From the UHGV virus genome UHGV-1369968: 49,084 nt of DNA; one strand, 5' to 3'. Below the pieces are notes generated by a model. It saw nothing but the letters and a program-made list of their open reading frames with translations, made no database searches and was not told where the DNA came from. Below, piece after piece: positions 7,941 through 19,058 of this stretch. A program made the translations under genes and the position numbers. The DNA comes from a virus. Numbering within the stretch: the first letter of the stretch is position 1; every line of letters begins with the position of its first letter.

Positions 7941-10864
7941 TGGCAGAAGAAGTTGGCGGCATTGTCTATGAGGTTGGCATGGAGGTTTCAGGCCTCACTG
8001 CTGGTGCTAAACAGGCAGAGGATGCACTTGACAGTATCGACAAGTCAGCGCAGAACTCATCAAAAAGCATAGATAAACTTGATGGTGCGGCATCATCATC
8101 TGGCAAAGAGCTTTCAGCGCTGGCAAAAATCGTAAGCTCCATTGATGCAACCCTAAAGGATATGGCTTCGTCATCAAAAACGGCAGCCAGCTCAGTAGAG
8201 GCGACAACCTCCAGCGCTACTGGTGCAGAGCAGGTTATTGCAGCACTAAACCAACAGCTCGCGCAGATGCAGCAGGCGCAGGTGTCAGCAAACGCAACTG
8301 GCCTTGCACTTCAAAACTCAGTCAATCAGGTTACTCAGGCAATTCGCGCGCTTGGCGCTCAGTCAACTGAAACAGGCGGCTCAATCTCTGGCATTGACAG
8401 GATGATTGAGGGTCTTGGAAACCAGATCGCAATCCTCGACGAACAAGCGGAAAAAGGTGCAAGAAGTGCGGCTATACTGGCCGCACAGCTTCGTGCAGGA
8501 GATAGTGCCACCGACGCGCAGAAAGCAAAAATAGCTGAGCTTACTGGTCGCCTGTATGACATGAAAAACGGCACGGAGGCCGCCGGGAAGTCCACCGGTA
8601 ACTTTAAAAATATAATGCAGCAGGGCGGCTATCAGATACAGGACTTTATCGTTCAGGTTCAGGGAGGGCAGTCTGCGCTTGTGGCATTTAGTCAGCAAGG
8701 TTCGCAGCTGGCTTCTGTATTTAGCCCCGTGGCAGGCGCAGTGCTTACCATCGCAACAGTTATTGCCGGGTCACTGATAGCGTCACTCGGCAATGGTAAA
8801 AACGCCGTTGATTCACTAAAAGAAGCAATAGCGACCATGGATAGCGTTGTGTCGGTTTCATCTTCTGGTGTCGCTGTCTATACCGACAAATTTTCCCAGC
8901 TTGCAAAAGCTAACTCAGCGGTAGCTACCCTGATGCGACAACAGGCGCAGCTTGAGTTGCAGGCGGCCCTGTCTAAAGTTTCAGCGGAAATCACAAAGGC
9001 ATCAAGTGACTTTATCGGCTTTGGTGATTCACTTGTCTCATCACTTGGCGGCGGCTATGCCAGCGTGAAGCTGTTCAATGATTACATGTCACAGCTTAAT
9101 ATCACAACGAATAGCTGGACTGAAGCCATTAAACAAGCATCAGCAGCAGGCCAGGCAGGTCAGACGTCAATGAATGGCATGATTGCCACGGTAGGCGCGT
9201 TAGCTGGTAAATTCCAGCTCTCAGACCAGCAGGCTTTCGAATTTGCAAAACAGCTTTCTGATATTGCAAAAAACCCATCTGATGAGAAGCTAAAGGCGCT
9301 GATTATCACGTTACAAAAAGTCAGCGAAGGAACATCCAGCGGAGCGGCAACGGCACGAGAGTATGCCAAAAGTCTACTGGCTATTGTAACTAGTACGGCT
9401 GACGCAACACAGCGCCTGAAAGTTTTAAAACAAATGACTGATGAGTTAACTGACTCTCAGGATAAAGCGTTGCAGCAGGCTAAGCAGACCCTTTTCATTG
9501 AGCGACAGACTGGCGTAGAGAAACAGAAGGCTCTCGCATGGCGTGATGCTGAGAATCAGGGGCTAAAAGCCGGGACTCAGGCATTCCGTGACTATTACAA
9601 TGTTCGACTGCAAACCTATCAGCAACAGGAGAAAAATGCACAAGCCCTGAAAGATGAGCGTAGCGCGCAAAGTGCTGCGCAATCAGCGGCGAAAAAAGCA
9701 GCCACAGAGCAGGAGAATATCGCCAATAAACTTGAGCAGCTTCGCCAGAAGTCACTGCTTACCGCTGAAAGTACAAGAGAGCTTAACCGCGAACAGTCAA
9801 TACTGGCTGCTCAGCAATCACTTGGCAAGGGAGCCACTCAGGAGCAAATTAACCTTGCCGGGCAATATGCTGCTAAGGCATGGGATAATGCTAACGCGCT
9901 CAAGGCTCAGGCAGAGGCGGAGAAAAAAAGAGCCGAAGCTGTAAAAGGATTTGCTGCATTAAAATCGCAGACATCCCCAATGTTTGCTGTTGAAACAAAT
10001 TATCAGAAAGATTTAGCAGCGCTCAATGCTTACGCAGTAGCTTACCCGCAAAAGATAGCGGAGGTTGAGCAGGCCAGAGCAGCTATTGAGGAACAATACC
10101 GCCAGCAGCGCCTTGATGCCATGTGGCAGGAGTGGAGTCAGCAAAATGCGGCTACGCAAGCGGCTGCTGCTGCATTTGATGCTTTTGGGCAAACCGCAAG
10201 CAATGCCTTAACTGGCGTTCTGACTGGCTCAATGTCTGTTAGTGAGGCGCTACAGTCAATAGGGAGCAATGTGTTAAATGCGGTTATTAACTCTTTCGTT
10301 CAGATGGGTGTGGAGTGGCTTAAATCGGTGATTATGGGGCAGGTTGGTATGACCGCAGCCGCAGGAATGGCGGCGGCTCAGGCCCAGCTAATCGCAGCGG
10401 CAATGGCACCAGCGGCAGCAATGACCTCGCTTGCTACAGCTGGTGCGAACGCAATCCCTGCACAGGCTGGCATTGTTTCCACCGTTGGTGTAGCTAAAGC
10501 AATGTCTGTTGCCGGTGCATTAAAGAATGGCGGCCCTGCGCAGGCTGGATCAATGTATCAGGTCGGCGAGAACAACCTACCTGAAATCTTCCAGGCCAGC
10601 AATGGCAATCAGTACATGATACCTGGCGACAATGGAAAGGTTATAAGCAACAAAGACCTTACCGGCGGTTCTTCTGGTGGTGGCTTAATTATAAATAACA
10701 ATGTTTATAATAATTCAAGTGGAGCAACAGCAACTACCAGTGCGAGAGACAATGGGGATGGCTCGATTACAATTGAAACAATCGTCGCAGATATAGACAA
10801 TGGAGGCGCTGTTGGGCAGGCAATTTCAAGGAATTACAGCACCAACAGAAGAGCTACAGAGTAA
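7940..10864 (+). CDS. tail tape measure protein
   Basis: 974 aa, Ala/Gln-rich coiled-coil with a C-terminal Gly/hydrophobic region ('GMTAAAGMAAAQAQLIAAAMA'), positioned between chaperone and distal tail genes. Confidence 0.85.
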   Translation: MAEEVGGIVYEVGMEVSGLTAGAKQAEDALDSIDKSAQNSSKSIDKLDGAASSSGKELSALAKIVSSIDATLKDMASSSKTAASSVEATTSSATGAEQVIAALNQQLAQMQQAQVSANATGLALQNSVNQVTQAIRALGAQSTETGGSISGIDRMIEGLGNQIAILDEQAEKGARSAAILAAQLRAGDSATDAQKAKIAELTGRLYDMKNGTEAAGKSTGNFKNIMQQGGYQIQDFIVQVQGGQSALVAFSQQGSQLASVFSPVAGAVLTIATVIAGSLIASLGNGKNAVDSLKEAIATMDSVVSVSSSGVAVYTDKFSQLAKANSAVATLMRQQAQLELQAALSKVSAEITKASSDFIGFGDSLVSSLGGGYASVKLFNDYMSQLNITTNSWTEAIKQASAAGQAGQTSMNGMIATVGALAGKFQLSDQQAFEFAKQLSDIAKNPSDEKLKALIITLQKVSEGTSSGAATAREYAKSLLAIVTSTADATQRLKVLKQMTDELTDSQDKALQQAKQTLFIERQTGVEKQKALAWRDAENQGLKAGTQAFRDYYNVRLQTYQQQEKNAQALKDERSAQSAAQSAAKKAATEQENIANKLEQLRQKSLLTAESTRELNREQSILAAQQSLGKGATQEQINLAGQYAAKAWDNANALKAQAEAEKKRAEAVKGFAALKSQTSPMFAVETNYQKDLAALNAYAVAYPQKIAEVEQARAAIEEQYRQQRLDAMWQEWSQQNAATQAAAAAFDAFGQTASNALTGVLTGSMSVSEALQSIGSNVLNAVINSFVQMGVEWLKSVIMGQVGMTAAAGMAAAQAQLIAAAMAPAAAMTSLATAGANAIPAQAGIVSTVGVAKAMSVAGALKNGGPAQAGSMYQVGENNLPEIFQASNGNQYMIPGDNGKVISNKDLTGGSSGGGLIINNNVYNNSSGATATTSARDNGDGSITIETIVADIDNGGAVGQAISRNYSTNRRATE

Positions 10865-10865
10865 A

Positions 10866-10890
10866 AAAAGCCCCTTACGGGGCTTCTTTC
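10866..10890. terminator. bidirectional rho-independent terminator
   Basis: AAAAAAGCCCCTTACGGGGCTTCTTTC. Confidence 0.75.
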
Positions 10891-11555
10891 ATTATCTCAT
10901 TCATAAGTTCTGGTGAATATTTAAGCCACTCCGTTGCGCCGTTAAAGCCTTTAAAACCACTGGATTCGTATTTATTATGATAATAATTTTCAATTTTACG
11001 AGCCTTAACTCCATCTGTTTTTATTTTATGTATGAGATCGAAATCAAATGGAGTAACTACCTTCAAGTGCCTGACCCTATTTTTTATATCCTTTGTAACG
11101 CCAACTTTTATCGAGCCTTCTCCCATCAAGAAGTACACAAAAGAAACTCTGTTTCTATCAAACCCCCTAACTGCGCAAGATGGGCATCCTTGTCCAGATG
11201 TGTGCGCAGATGGAGTCTGCTTGAAATCACCATGCTTCATGCATGTTATTGTCACAGGTGTGTGGTTATTTTTATATTTAACATTCTTATAACCATATTT
11301 ATCCCCATGGATAGAAATTGCCTTGCTGATAAATCCAGAGGAGTTCATTTTCTTCTTTCCTGAACACATGGAACAGCCAAAGCCAGCAAGGTGACTATAA
11401 GCCCTTTGCATAAACTCACCATGGTATCGGCATGTTATAGATATTTTGTCATGAATTTTGTTAAATTTTACAAGATTGTAGTCATAATTGTTGCCGTGAA
11501 CATCTTTGGCTCTAGAAATGAATTCTTCAATGGTAATCTTTGCTGGCATACACAA
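10875..11555 (-). CDS. T5orf172 (GIY-YIG-like) domain protein with duplicated Cys/His Zn-finger-like repeats; putative homing endonuclease
   Basis: 'VSFVYFLMGEGSIKVGVTKDIKNRVRHLKV' fits the T5orf172/MUG113 motif (YVY..G..KIG.T...R). Two repeats of 'ITC..HG.F.Q....H..G.GC..C' are present. Opposite-strand insertion in the tail operon with a GAGG RBS. Confidence 0.55.
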   Translation of the reverse strand: MCMPAKITIEEFISRAKDVHGNNYDYNLVKFNKIHDKISITCRYHGEFMQRAYSHLAGFGCSMCSGKKKMNSSGFISKAISIHGDKYGYKNVKYKNNHTPVTITCMKHGDFKQTPSAHTSGQGCPSCAVRGFDRNRVSFVYFLMGEGSIKVGVTKDIKNRVRHLKVVTPFDFDLIHKIKTDGVKARKIENYYHNKYESSGFKGFNGATEWLKYSPELMNEIMKEAP

Positions 11556-11684
11556 CCTCGTAGCAGGTTCGTAGAGTGAGGGTGCAGCAGGATGTCTACG
11601 TTCATCTTTTCGTCTGGCCGGACTAGCTGCACTGTGATTGTACCATCAACGTGCTAAAATACAACAATACAAAATGGAGAGTGC

Positions 11685-12156
11685 TATGGCTATTCCTTAC
11701 CCATCGTGGCTACCGCTTGCGCAGCGTGCCAGCAAGAATATGACGACTCAAACCCCATTCCGCAGCGATCAGCCTGCGGTTGGGGCGCCAATATTTCAAA
11801 AGCTAACGACCGATGTTGCAGTAACATGGAGTTTGACATGGGTTTTCACGCTCAGGCAGGAGCGGGCATTTATGCAGTGGTTGAGAAGCCCAAATTATCT
11901 CAACAAGTGCAATGAATGGTTCACGATGGATATCGATCTTGGTGGCAGCGGATTACAGAATCAGACTTTGCACTTTACTGATTACCCCGTGCAGACAAGC
12001 ATTAATGGCGGCATCGTCACATGGACTGGAAATGTCATCTGTAAAACCCTCAATAACTCCATGGATGAGTTTGATGATGTGCTTGTTGAGCTTGATGAGA
12101 GATGGTATTCATGGCTTGATGAAGTCGTTAACAGGGATTTGCCGGAGTATCCATAA
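11685..12156 (+). CDS. minor tail protein (distal tail, gpM-like position)
   Basis: GGAGAG RBS before the ATG at 11685. First gene after the tape measure gene in the tail operon. Confidence 0.4.
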
Positions 12157-12626
12157 TGCCAACATTGCGTGAATACCAGTCAAAAAGGCCAAACTGGAAG
12201 CTGTATGACACCATAACCTTTTATCATTCTTCATTTGGTTATGTCAGGCTAGTTGGCAATGAGTTTTCTGATGTTGTGCTTGGTGGTCAGACTTACCAGC
12301 CAGTGCGTATGGATGTAACCAGAAGCCAGCAATCGAACACGCCGGTAATAAATGCCACGCTGAAGTTTGCGCGACTGGCTAATGACTTTAAACAATATTT
12401 AAAGTTATGGTCAGGCTCTGGACGCATTGAGCCTATCACTGCGTTATATCAGCGTTTTGACGAGACTGACAAAGATACACCATTAAAACCATATACGCTT
12501 TATGTTAACGATGTGACGCTTGATCAGTCTGATGTAACTGTCTCCATATCTATAAAAAACCCAATCAATGGTAACGTGGCAAAACTTTATGACATCACAG
12601 AATTCCCCGGATTGCGTACCGTTTGA
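12156..12626 (+). CDS. minor tail protein (gpL-like position)
   Basis: ATGA-coupled to the previous gene. Assigned by position. Confidence 0.4.
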   Translation: MPTLREYQSKRPNWKLYDTITFYHSSFGYVRLVGNEFSDVVLGGQTYQPVRMDVTRSQQSNTPVINATLKFARLANDFKQYLKLWSGSGRIEPITALYQRFDETDKDTPLKPYTLYVNDVTLDQSDVTVSISIKNPINGNVAKLYDITEFPGLRTV

Positions 12627-12639
12627 CGATTTTGAATGT

Positions 12640-13047
12640 ATGATGGCCGGCAAGCCATACGTTGACAGATGCTGTCACGTTGATGCAGTTGACTGCTGGG
12701 GTCTGGTAGTGCTGTTCTATCGTATTTGTATGAATGTCAATGTTCATCATGATGATTCATATTCAAATGGCGGGGATTTTGTCACTTGTTTCAATGGAGA
12801 AGTTTCATTCTGGAAAGACACCGATCATCCAAAAATTGGCGATGTGGTGGTTGCCTATCGTGGGAGTCATCCGGTACATGTCGCGCTATGGTGGGGTCGT
12901 GATAAAATACTGCATGCGCGAGAGAAAACGGCAGTCAAGACAGACCGCCTTAAAACACTCGAAAAATTATCAACAAAATTAAGGTTCCTGACTTATGCCG
13001 GTTATTCACATTCAGAAGATGCCAGGAGTTCCAAAAGAGACGGGTAA
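12640..13047 (+). CDS. tail-associated NlpC/P60 peptidase-like protein (lambda gpK-like)
   Basis: '[11 protein letters not shown]' matches the NlpC/P60 catalytic Cys motif (DCSGLV), with downstream His residues. Start moved to ATG 12640, after the upstream stop. Confidence 0.55.
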   Translation: MMAGKPYVDRCCHVDAVDCWGLVVLFYRICMNVNVHHDDSYSNGGDFVTCFNGEVSFWKDTDHPKIGDVVVAYRGSHPVHVALWWGRDKILHAREKTAVKTDRLKTLEKLSTKLRFLTYAGYSHSEDARSSKRDG

Positions 13048-15475
13048 TGTTCCTGCTGGCACTAATCTGTGGAGATGGCTGGAGAATTCCGGCCTTCCAT
13101 CTGACATCAGGATTGCGTTGAATGGCCGCATTTTTGGACCTGATGATGAATTATCGATATCGTTAAAACAAAACGATATTGTTAACATTTACTGCCAGCC
13201 TCGCGGCGCCATTGGCGACCTTATCAGCACGATACTCAAGCCTGTAACTAAGGTTCTTTCTTTTCTACTGCCAAAAGCATCAACGCCATCAACCAGCACT
13301 GGCGCGACGGTTGAATCACCCAACAACAGCCTGAAATCGCAAACCAATATTGCGCGAAATGGAGAGGCAAGACCTGACAACTTCGGTCAAATAAGGGCAT
13401 TCCCTGACCTGATCCAGGAATCTCTTTTTGAATACATTGACGATCTGAAGTACGTAACTGAGTTCATGAATTTTGGACTTGGGAAATACACCATTTCATC
13501 GGTTCGCTATGCGGAAACTAACCTTGGCTCCCTGCCCGGCGCCACTCATGTCATTTACAATCCTGGTGACGTGATTGGACAAATCATTGAGCCTTACCAG
13601 TTCGACGGGCTTGATGGTCAGGAGGTTCCTGGGCTTAACGAGTCAGAAGATACCCCGATAGAGACAGCGACCACGACATCTGTTACCAGTGGCGATTATG
13701 CTGGCGGTCAGCTGTTAATGGTCATACCAAAAAACACTGATTTCGATTACTTTATGGGGCTGTCTTTGCCTCACTCCGTATCATTAACAATAAATATTAC
13801 CTACAACTCGACATCCGGGCCAGTTACTGAAAATATCCAGCTTAGTGGCAACATCATTTCAGCTGAGGAAACTGAGACAGGCATCATTCCTGATATTCAG
13901 TATTTCTATAATTTCACCTTCAATAACCTGACTGGCGCAAATCTTGGCAACCTGACGGGCGCAACCATCAACAATACTTATTTCCAGATTGTGGATAATG
14001 AGGCGCTTGTTGTTGGCCCATATGTTGGAGCCGTGGAGTCTACGCAGGTATGGGTTCACGTTCAATCGGAGCTTGGGCCTACCAGTGGCACGGCTGATTA
14101 CCTGATCAAAGTATGGGCGGTTGATGATAATGGGGATGCCATTCCAGGAACTGAGGAGCAGCTTGCAGACAGTATTGACAACCCATTCAATCAGACAACC
14201 AAAACCTATTATCGCACGTATAAGTTAACTCCTGCTTATGGACTGGCTAAGTATGCTATCAGCATTGAAAGGACAAACAATTCAAACTCTGGCAACCGCG
14301 TAACTTTGCAGGCGGCGCATGCTATCAACATCCGCGAGAATGTGGTTTATCCTGATGACACCCTTGTTAAGGTTACGGTGAAGGCCACGCTTCAGCCCAC
14401 ATCAGTATCTGAGCGCAAATATAATGCGCTGATCACCCGCTGGACTATTGGATACAACAGAACAACCGGGACAGTCGACTACACGTTAACTCCATCAAGA
14501 AGTTTTGCAGATTCAGTGCTGCATAACTGGCTTATTACTGCTGGTCAGCCTGAAAGCACCATTGACATAGGCAGGCTCTACGAAATAGCTGATGCGCTGC
14601 CTGATGAGCGCCTTGGGTATTTTGATTACACATTTGACGATGAGGATAAATCGATCGGTGAACGAATTCAGACCATCTGTGATGCAGCTCGCGTAACGGT
14701 TTTTTGGGATGATGGAGTTTTATCTTTTTCAAGAGATGAGCAAAAATCAACTCCTGAAACCGTGTTCAATACCAGAAATACGAAAGCTGATAGCTATAAA
14801 ATGTCTTATGACATGACTTTGCCGGGGTCATATGATGGCGTAAGTGTTCAGTACCGCGACCCAAGTACCAACAAACAGGCTTACGTTTATTATAAAGTTG
14901 GGGCATCTGGTATCGAACCGGGAGAGCCAACTAAGCCGAAAAAATTCGACATGCTATATGTTCGAAACCTGTATCAGGCAACAGACAGGGCCATGCTTGA
15001 ATGTAATCGGCTGATGTACTCGCGGCGCGGAATGGAGATAAAGGCGCTTGCTGATGGAGAATGGGTAAACGTTGGCGATATGATCTCCGTTGTCGACATT
15101 TATGATTCAGTGCAGCAGACTGGGGTTATCCGTTCAAGGTCTGGAAACGTATTTACCACCAGTGAACAGCTCACGGCAGGAAGCGGTCTGTTTGTGGTCA
15201 TTACCGGCGCTAATGGGAATGTGTCAGAACGCCTGGCTTGTACCGTTACTGGATTGAATACATTCGAGTGCGCATTGCCATCTGATTTCGAGTTAAACAT
15301 TTTTGACGGTGTTAATGTTCAGTCAGAATCAAGATATGCCATCTCAACAGAGGTTGAGCTTGACTCAACGTTATGGACAGTCAGACAGAAAACTCCAGGC
15401 ACAGATGGCACTGTCTCTCTCACCGTAACTGAGTACAATGACGCCATGTATGCCTACACCAACCCTGTTGCATGA
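12995..15475 (+). CDS. tail tip / central fibre protein (J-like host-specificity protein)
   Basis: 826 aa following the gpK-like gene. The start overlaps the previous gene as in lambda K/I/J. An alternative start is M9 at 13019. Confidence 0.55.
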   Translation: MPVIHIQKMPGVPKETGNVPAGTNLWRWLENSGLPSDIRIALNGRIFGPDDELSISLKQNDIVNIYCQPRGAIGDLISTILKPVTKVLSFLLPKASTPSTSTGATVESPNNSLKSQTNIARNGEARPDNFGQIRAFPDLIQESLFEYIDDLKYVTEFMNFGLGKYTISSVRYAETNLGSLPGATHVIYNPGDVIGQIIEPYQFDGLDGQEVPGLNESEDTPIETATTTSVTSGDYAGGQLLMVIPKNTDFDYFMGLSLPHSVSLTINITYNSTSGPVTENIQLSGNIISAEETETGIIPDIQYFYNFTFNNLTGANLGNLTGATINNTYFQIVDNEALVVGPYVGAVESTQVWVHVQSELGPTSGTADYLIKVWAVDDNGDAIPGTEEQLADSIDNPFNQTTKTYYRTYKLTPAYGLAKYAISIERTNNSNSGNRVTLQAAHAINIRENVVYPDDTLVKVTVKATLQPTSVSERKYNALITRWTIGYNRTTGTVDYTLTPSRSFADSVLHNWLITAGQPESTIDIGRLYEIADALPDERLGYFDYTFDDEDKSIGERIQTICDAARVTVFWDDGVLSFSRDEQKSTPETVFNTRNTKADSYKMSYDMTLPGSYDGVSVQYRDPSTNKQAYVYYKVGASGIEPGEPTKPKKFDMLYVRNLYQATDRAMLECNRLMYSRRGMEIKALADGEWVNVGDMISVVDIYDSVQQTGVIRSRSGNVFTTSEQLTAGSGLFVVITGANGNVSERLACTVTGLNTFECALPSDFELNIFDGVNVQSESRYAISTEVELDSTLWTVRQKTPGTDGTVSLTVTEYNDAMYAYTNPVA

Positions 15476-15513
15476 TACAATAGGGCAATTAATGATTACG
15501 GAGATCTCAGCCG

Positions 15514-17643
15514 ATGGCTACTACCCCAACTAACAAGCCAATTCCTTCTGAAGACCCGCGCGACCTGAAGTTTAACGCCGGAAAGATTGATGAAGAGGTT
15601 AACGGAAGCGCTGATTACTACACCGACCGATTCAGCGTGCAGCGGATGACGAATACCGGCAGGAATACCCAGTTTCAAAGTCAGATGACTCAGCAGGCTG
15701 ATGACTGGCTTTCTCAATTAAATCAGCAGGAATCTGATTTTCAGCAATTCCTCTTAAACTCTGGTTATCAGTTTTTAGGAGATTATGAAAATGGTCCATA
15801 CACAATTGCCGCTCGCAACCAGATTATTCGTTATCAGAATGAGTTCTGGCGTTTGAATGCGGCTACCAACCCACCATATGCAACAACTGGTGTTAATAGT
15901 ACGTCATGGGCAACCGATGTTACGCATCTGGTAAGTGTTGGTGATGCAACGTTGAGACAAGATTTATCTGCACCAGATGGTTTAAAAATTATAGGGTCTG
16001 TAGCATCAGTGGCTATTTTGCGGACCATCATCGGCGCGTCAGGTCAAAAGATAAATCTTAAGGAATATGCGTCTGGCGCCGGTTCATCAACTGGAGGGCA
16101 GCTAACTTGGATTAATAACTCAAGTTATAGCGACGACGGAGTGGTGTTTTTTAGGGTGAATAGTTCTGGGGGATGGATTAGAGACTGGAGAAAGGGAATT
16201 AATGCAGAATGGGCGGGCCCACTGGTAGAAGTTCCAGACGCGTCAGATGCGTTGAATCGTATTTCATTTGCATTAAAGACTTTTAACGCAGAAGTTAAAC
16301 TACCATCTGGAAATATTTATATTGGAGATACTTGGTGGTTACAAACAAGTCAATTGAAAGTAACTGGTAATGGCTCTAATACATGGTTGATAGGAAAGCC
16401 TACTAATGCCTCCGGCGCCTCAATTAATACACCCATAGTGCGGGTATCTAATGCTTTATGGGATTCGGTAACTGTAAACGGCCAATATCGATTGCAGGAC
16501 ATCGATTTACGTGATTTTTGTATCGCTGGAAGAAATTATCCACTAAATCCCACATCACAGACTTTTGCGCAATCCTCCAGAGATGCGCTATTCTTGGGTG
16601 GTTTCGGGTGGGATTTCCAAGTCCAAAGAATATGGTTCTATAACTTGGGCCGAAGGGCGGTTGTTGCCGAGGATTTATGGGATGGAGATTTTCTTGAGTG
16701 CAAATTTCATGAAATTTGCGTTGATAAAACTTTTTCTCCTTCTGACGCAGCACCGCAGACAATGGTGTTTAAACGAAAGGTAGATTCATGTAATGCTATA
16801 AGAATCACAAATTGCCACTTTGAGCATTGTTATCGAGGTGCTATAAACGTGCAGGATCTATGTTATGGTTTCTTTCTATTAAATAATAAATTTGAGGCTC
16901 AAAACCAAAACACGGATTATCCTGTGGAGTACCCTATATATATAGGCAATAACCATCGAAGCTTTGTATGGATCGGAGGTTTTGCCGTCGTATCGCAACA
17001 GGCAAAATATATCCATTTCGCAAGAATTTGGGGTGATTATACATCAATATCAGATGTCAAATTTATATCACCAGGTAACAACGATGGCGCCGCTCTTTTA
17101 GACCTCAGCTATGGTAACTATAGTGGCGGGGCCACCGTGAAGATCTCCGGCGATGTGCGAGGCGATATTTTAGATTTAAGCTCTTCCCAAGTGGCGCCAA
17201 TTTTAAGTAGATTGGGGAAAAATGATTTTTCAGGTACTAATTTAAAGGTGTTTAATCCTGGAATGGTTTTCCATCTGGCTTCTACAGCCAATCCAGATGA
17301 CGTATCCAAGGTTAGAATAACAGGGATAGGAACAAATACCGGAAACCCTATAATACACCAGGGAAATGCTATCCATTATGTAAATGGATTGCGTTACCGA
17401 GGAGTAGCGTATACATCATTAACTGATGTGACATCCAAAGCAGATATAGATGAATACGCACTTTTGTATAATTTATCGACTACTGTTACATTTTCTATGG
17501 GCACAATAGTTGCCTCATCATCACTTGCGCCGACATCCTCAGATGGCACGAATACCGGGTCGGGAGGAAACGTTGTGGGGCAATGGATGTGCATGGGTAA
17601 CTGTCCTCCAAATAAGGTTTCTTTGTTCAAACGCGTATCTTGA
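15514..17643 (+). CDS. tailspike / tail fibre with predicted right-handed beta-helix (pectate-lyase-like depolymerase) domain
   Basis: 709 aa, the last large gene of the tail operon. Repetitive beta-rich central region with 'NCHFEHCYRGAINVQ'-type beta-helix rungs and a distinct N-terminal anchor domain. Confidence 0.65.
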   Translation: MATTPTNKPIPSEDPRDLKFNAGKIDEEVNGSADYYTDRFSVQRMTNTGRNTQFQSQMTQQADDWLSQLNQQESDFQQFLLNSGYQFLGDYENGPYTIAARNQIIRYQNEFWRLNAATNPPYATTGVNSTSWATDVTHLVSVGDATLRQDLSAPDGLKIIGSVASVAILRTIIGASGQKINLKEYASGAGSSTGGQLTWINNSSYSDDGVVFFRVNSSGGWIRDWRKGINAEWAGPLVEVPDASDALNRISFALKTFNAEVKLPSGNIYIGDTWWLQTSQLKVTGNGSNTWLIGKPTNASGASINTPIVRVSNALWDSVTVNGQYRLQDIDLRDFCIAGRNYPLNPTSQTFAQSSRDALFLGGFGWDFQVQRIWFYNLGRRAVVAEDLWDGDFLECKFHEICVDKTFSPSDAAPQTMVFKRKVDSCNAIRITNCHFEHCYRGAINVQDLCYGFFLLNNKFEAQNQNTDYPVEYPIYIGNNHRSFVWIGGFAVVSQQAKYIHFARIWGDYTSISDVKFISPGNNDGAALLDLSYGNYSGGATVKISGDVRGDILDLSSSQVAPILSRLGKNDFSGTNLKVFNPGMVFHLASTANPDDVSKVRITGIGTNTGNPIIHQGNAIHYVNGLRYRGVAYTSLTDVTSKADIDEYALLYNLSTTVTFSMGTIVASSSLAPTSSDGTNTGSGGNVVGQWMCMGNCPPNKVSLFKRVS

Positions 17644-17652
17644 GGTGATAAA

Positions 17653-17832
17653 ATGGGTCCTGTTGAGGCTTACACAAATGCTATCGAAAGTAGATCTACT
17701 AGTGATTTGCAGGATGCGGTACTTACAATAGAAGACGCTATCATTCAAAATGAAAATAACAATATGACGCATTACAATTCTGCATTAATAGCAGAATTAG
17801 AAATTTTAAAAACAGAATTGTCTAAACGTTAA
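17653..17832 (+). CDS. small protein downstream of the tailspike (59 aa), possible fibre assembly factor
   Basis: Not in the track. GAGGTGATAAAATG RBS, and it ends at the terminator. Confidence 0.35.
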   Translation: MGPVEAYTNAIESRSTSDLQDAVLTIEDAIIQNENNNMTHYNSALIAELEILKTELSKR

Positions 17833-17860
17833 AATAAAAGGGCCATTCGGCCCTTTTCTT
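17832..17860. terminator. bidirectional rho-independent terminator
   Basis: AAAAGGGCCATTCGGCCCTTTTCTT between the convergent tail and SSB operons. Confidence 0.75.
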
Positions 17861-17862
17861 CA

Positions 17863-18366
17863 TCAAAACGGAATATCATCGTCGAAATCCATCGGCGGCT
17901 CGTTTGCCGGTGGTTTTGGTGTGTTTGATGGTTGCTGGGGTTTGCCCCATCCTGATTGCTGATTACTTCCTGACTGTTGCCGTTGCTGTGATTGTTGGTT
18001 TCCATTATCACTTGATTTACCACCAATCATTTGCATGACGCCGTTCATAGGCTGCAAGACGATTTCAGTGGTGTATTTTTCAACTCCGCTTTGGTCTGTC
18101 CATTTTCGAGTGCGTAATTTACCCTCTATGTATACCTGGAAGCCTTTGCGCAGGTATTCGCCGGCCACCTCTGCCAGCTTTCCGAAGATAACCACGCGAT
18201 GCCATTCTGTCTGCTCTTTCTTTTCACCAGTGGCTTTGTCATTCCACTGTTCTGATGTTGCCAGAGACAGATTGCACACGGCGCCGCCAGATGGCATATA
18301 TTTAACTTCCGGGTCTTGGCCTAGAGTGCCAAGAATAATTACCTTGTTGATTCCGCGAGTCGCCAT
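17863..18366 (-). CDS. ssb: single-stranded DNA-binding protein
   Basis: OB-fold N-terminus ('[20 protein letters not shown]'), Gln/Gly-rich linker and the acidic tail 'DFDDDIPF'. Confidence 0.9.
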   Translation of the reverse strand: MATRGINKVIILGTLGQDPEVKYMPSGGAVCNLSLATSEQWNDKATGEKKEQTEWHRVVIFGKLAEVAGEYLRKGFQVYIEGKLRTRKWTDQSGVEKYTTEIVLQPMNGVMQMIGGKSSDNGNQQSQQRQQSGSNQQSGWGKPQQPSNTPKPPANEPPMDFDDDIPF

Positions 18367-18375
18367 AAATTACCC

Positions 18376-19038
18376 TTAAAAGTTTTCGATATTCTGTTGA
18401 GATGTTGATGGCTTCTCTTCGTTTACAGATGACGCTGGCGCATCTGTTTTCTGGAGTTTGGCCGGGTTAAAATCACTGCCGCCAGCAATGAATTTCGCTT
18501 TCATTTCCTGGTATGCGCCGACGATTACGCGAGTAGCAGCGTCATCACCACGGAATGATTTGTATTCTTCACCATAAATAGCGGTAAGCTCATCCATGTT
18601 TGCTGCTGAACGAATGAGTGCGGCTGCATCTTTAGGAGACTTCCGTGCGGCATTGCCATCGTCATCAGCCTGCGCAATACCGAACATAGACGCAATAGAG
18701 TAGCGGCGCGCATACGTCATTGCAGAGCCATAACCCTGTGCATCTTTCTTAGCAACAGGCATTGGCATGATTGAAGACATGTATTCACCAGACTCATGCA
18801 TGATTGTTGTTTCCAACTTCAAAACATCAACCGTATCGCTCTCAATGGCGTTCTGGATGATGATAAGACCGTTGGCCTCAAGCGCTGGTCTGATGGCATT
18901 CAGGAATGACTCAAGGTTAGCATAGTTGCTTTTAAGGTGCGGGTTTTGCGCGTTCTTTTTAGCGCTGCTACTCATTACCTTGCGCGCTTCTACAAGAGCC
19001 TTAATCAGGCTTGCTTTCTGTTCTGAAAATTTCATCAC
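18376..19038 (-). CDS. erf: ERF-family single-strand annealing protein
   Basis: 'GYGSAMTYARRYSIASMFGI' is the ERF core motif, with adjacent SSB and exonuclease genes. Confidence 0.8.
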   Translation of the reverse strand: MMKFSEQKASLIKALVEARKVMSSSAKKNAQNPHLKSNYANLESFLNAIRPALEANGLIIIQNAIESDTVDVLKLETTIMHESGEYMSSIMPMPVAKKDAQGYGSAMTYARRYSIASMFGIAQADDDGNAARKSPKDAAALIRSAANMDELTAIYGEEYKSFRGDDAATRVIVGAYQEMKAKFIAGGSDFNPAKLQKTDAPASSVNEEKPSTSQQNIENF

Positions 19039-19058
19039 TTCGCCTCATTTACTATAAA

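Noticed and set aside
8007-9755. Several 66-105-aa ORFs on the minus strand and in alternative + frames inside the tape measure gene
   Set aside because: All are nested in the 974-aa tape-measure ORF. They are frame-shadow ORFs of an Ala/Gln-rich coding region.
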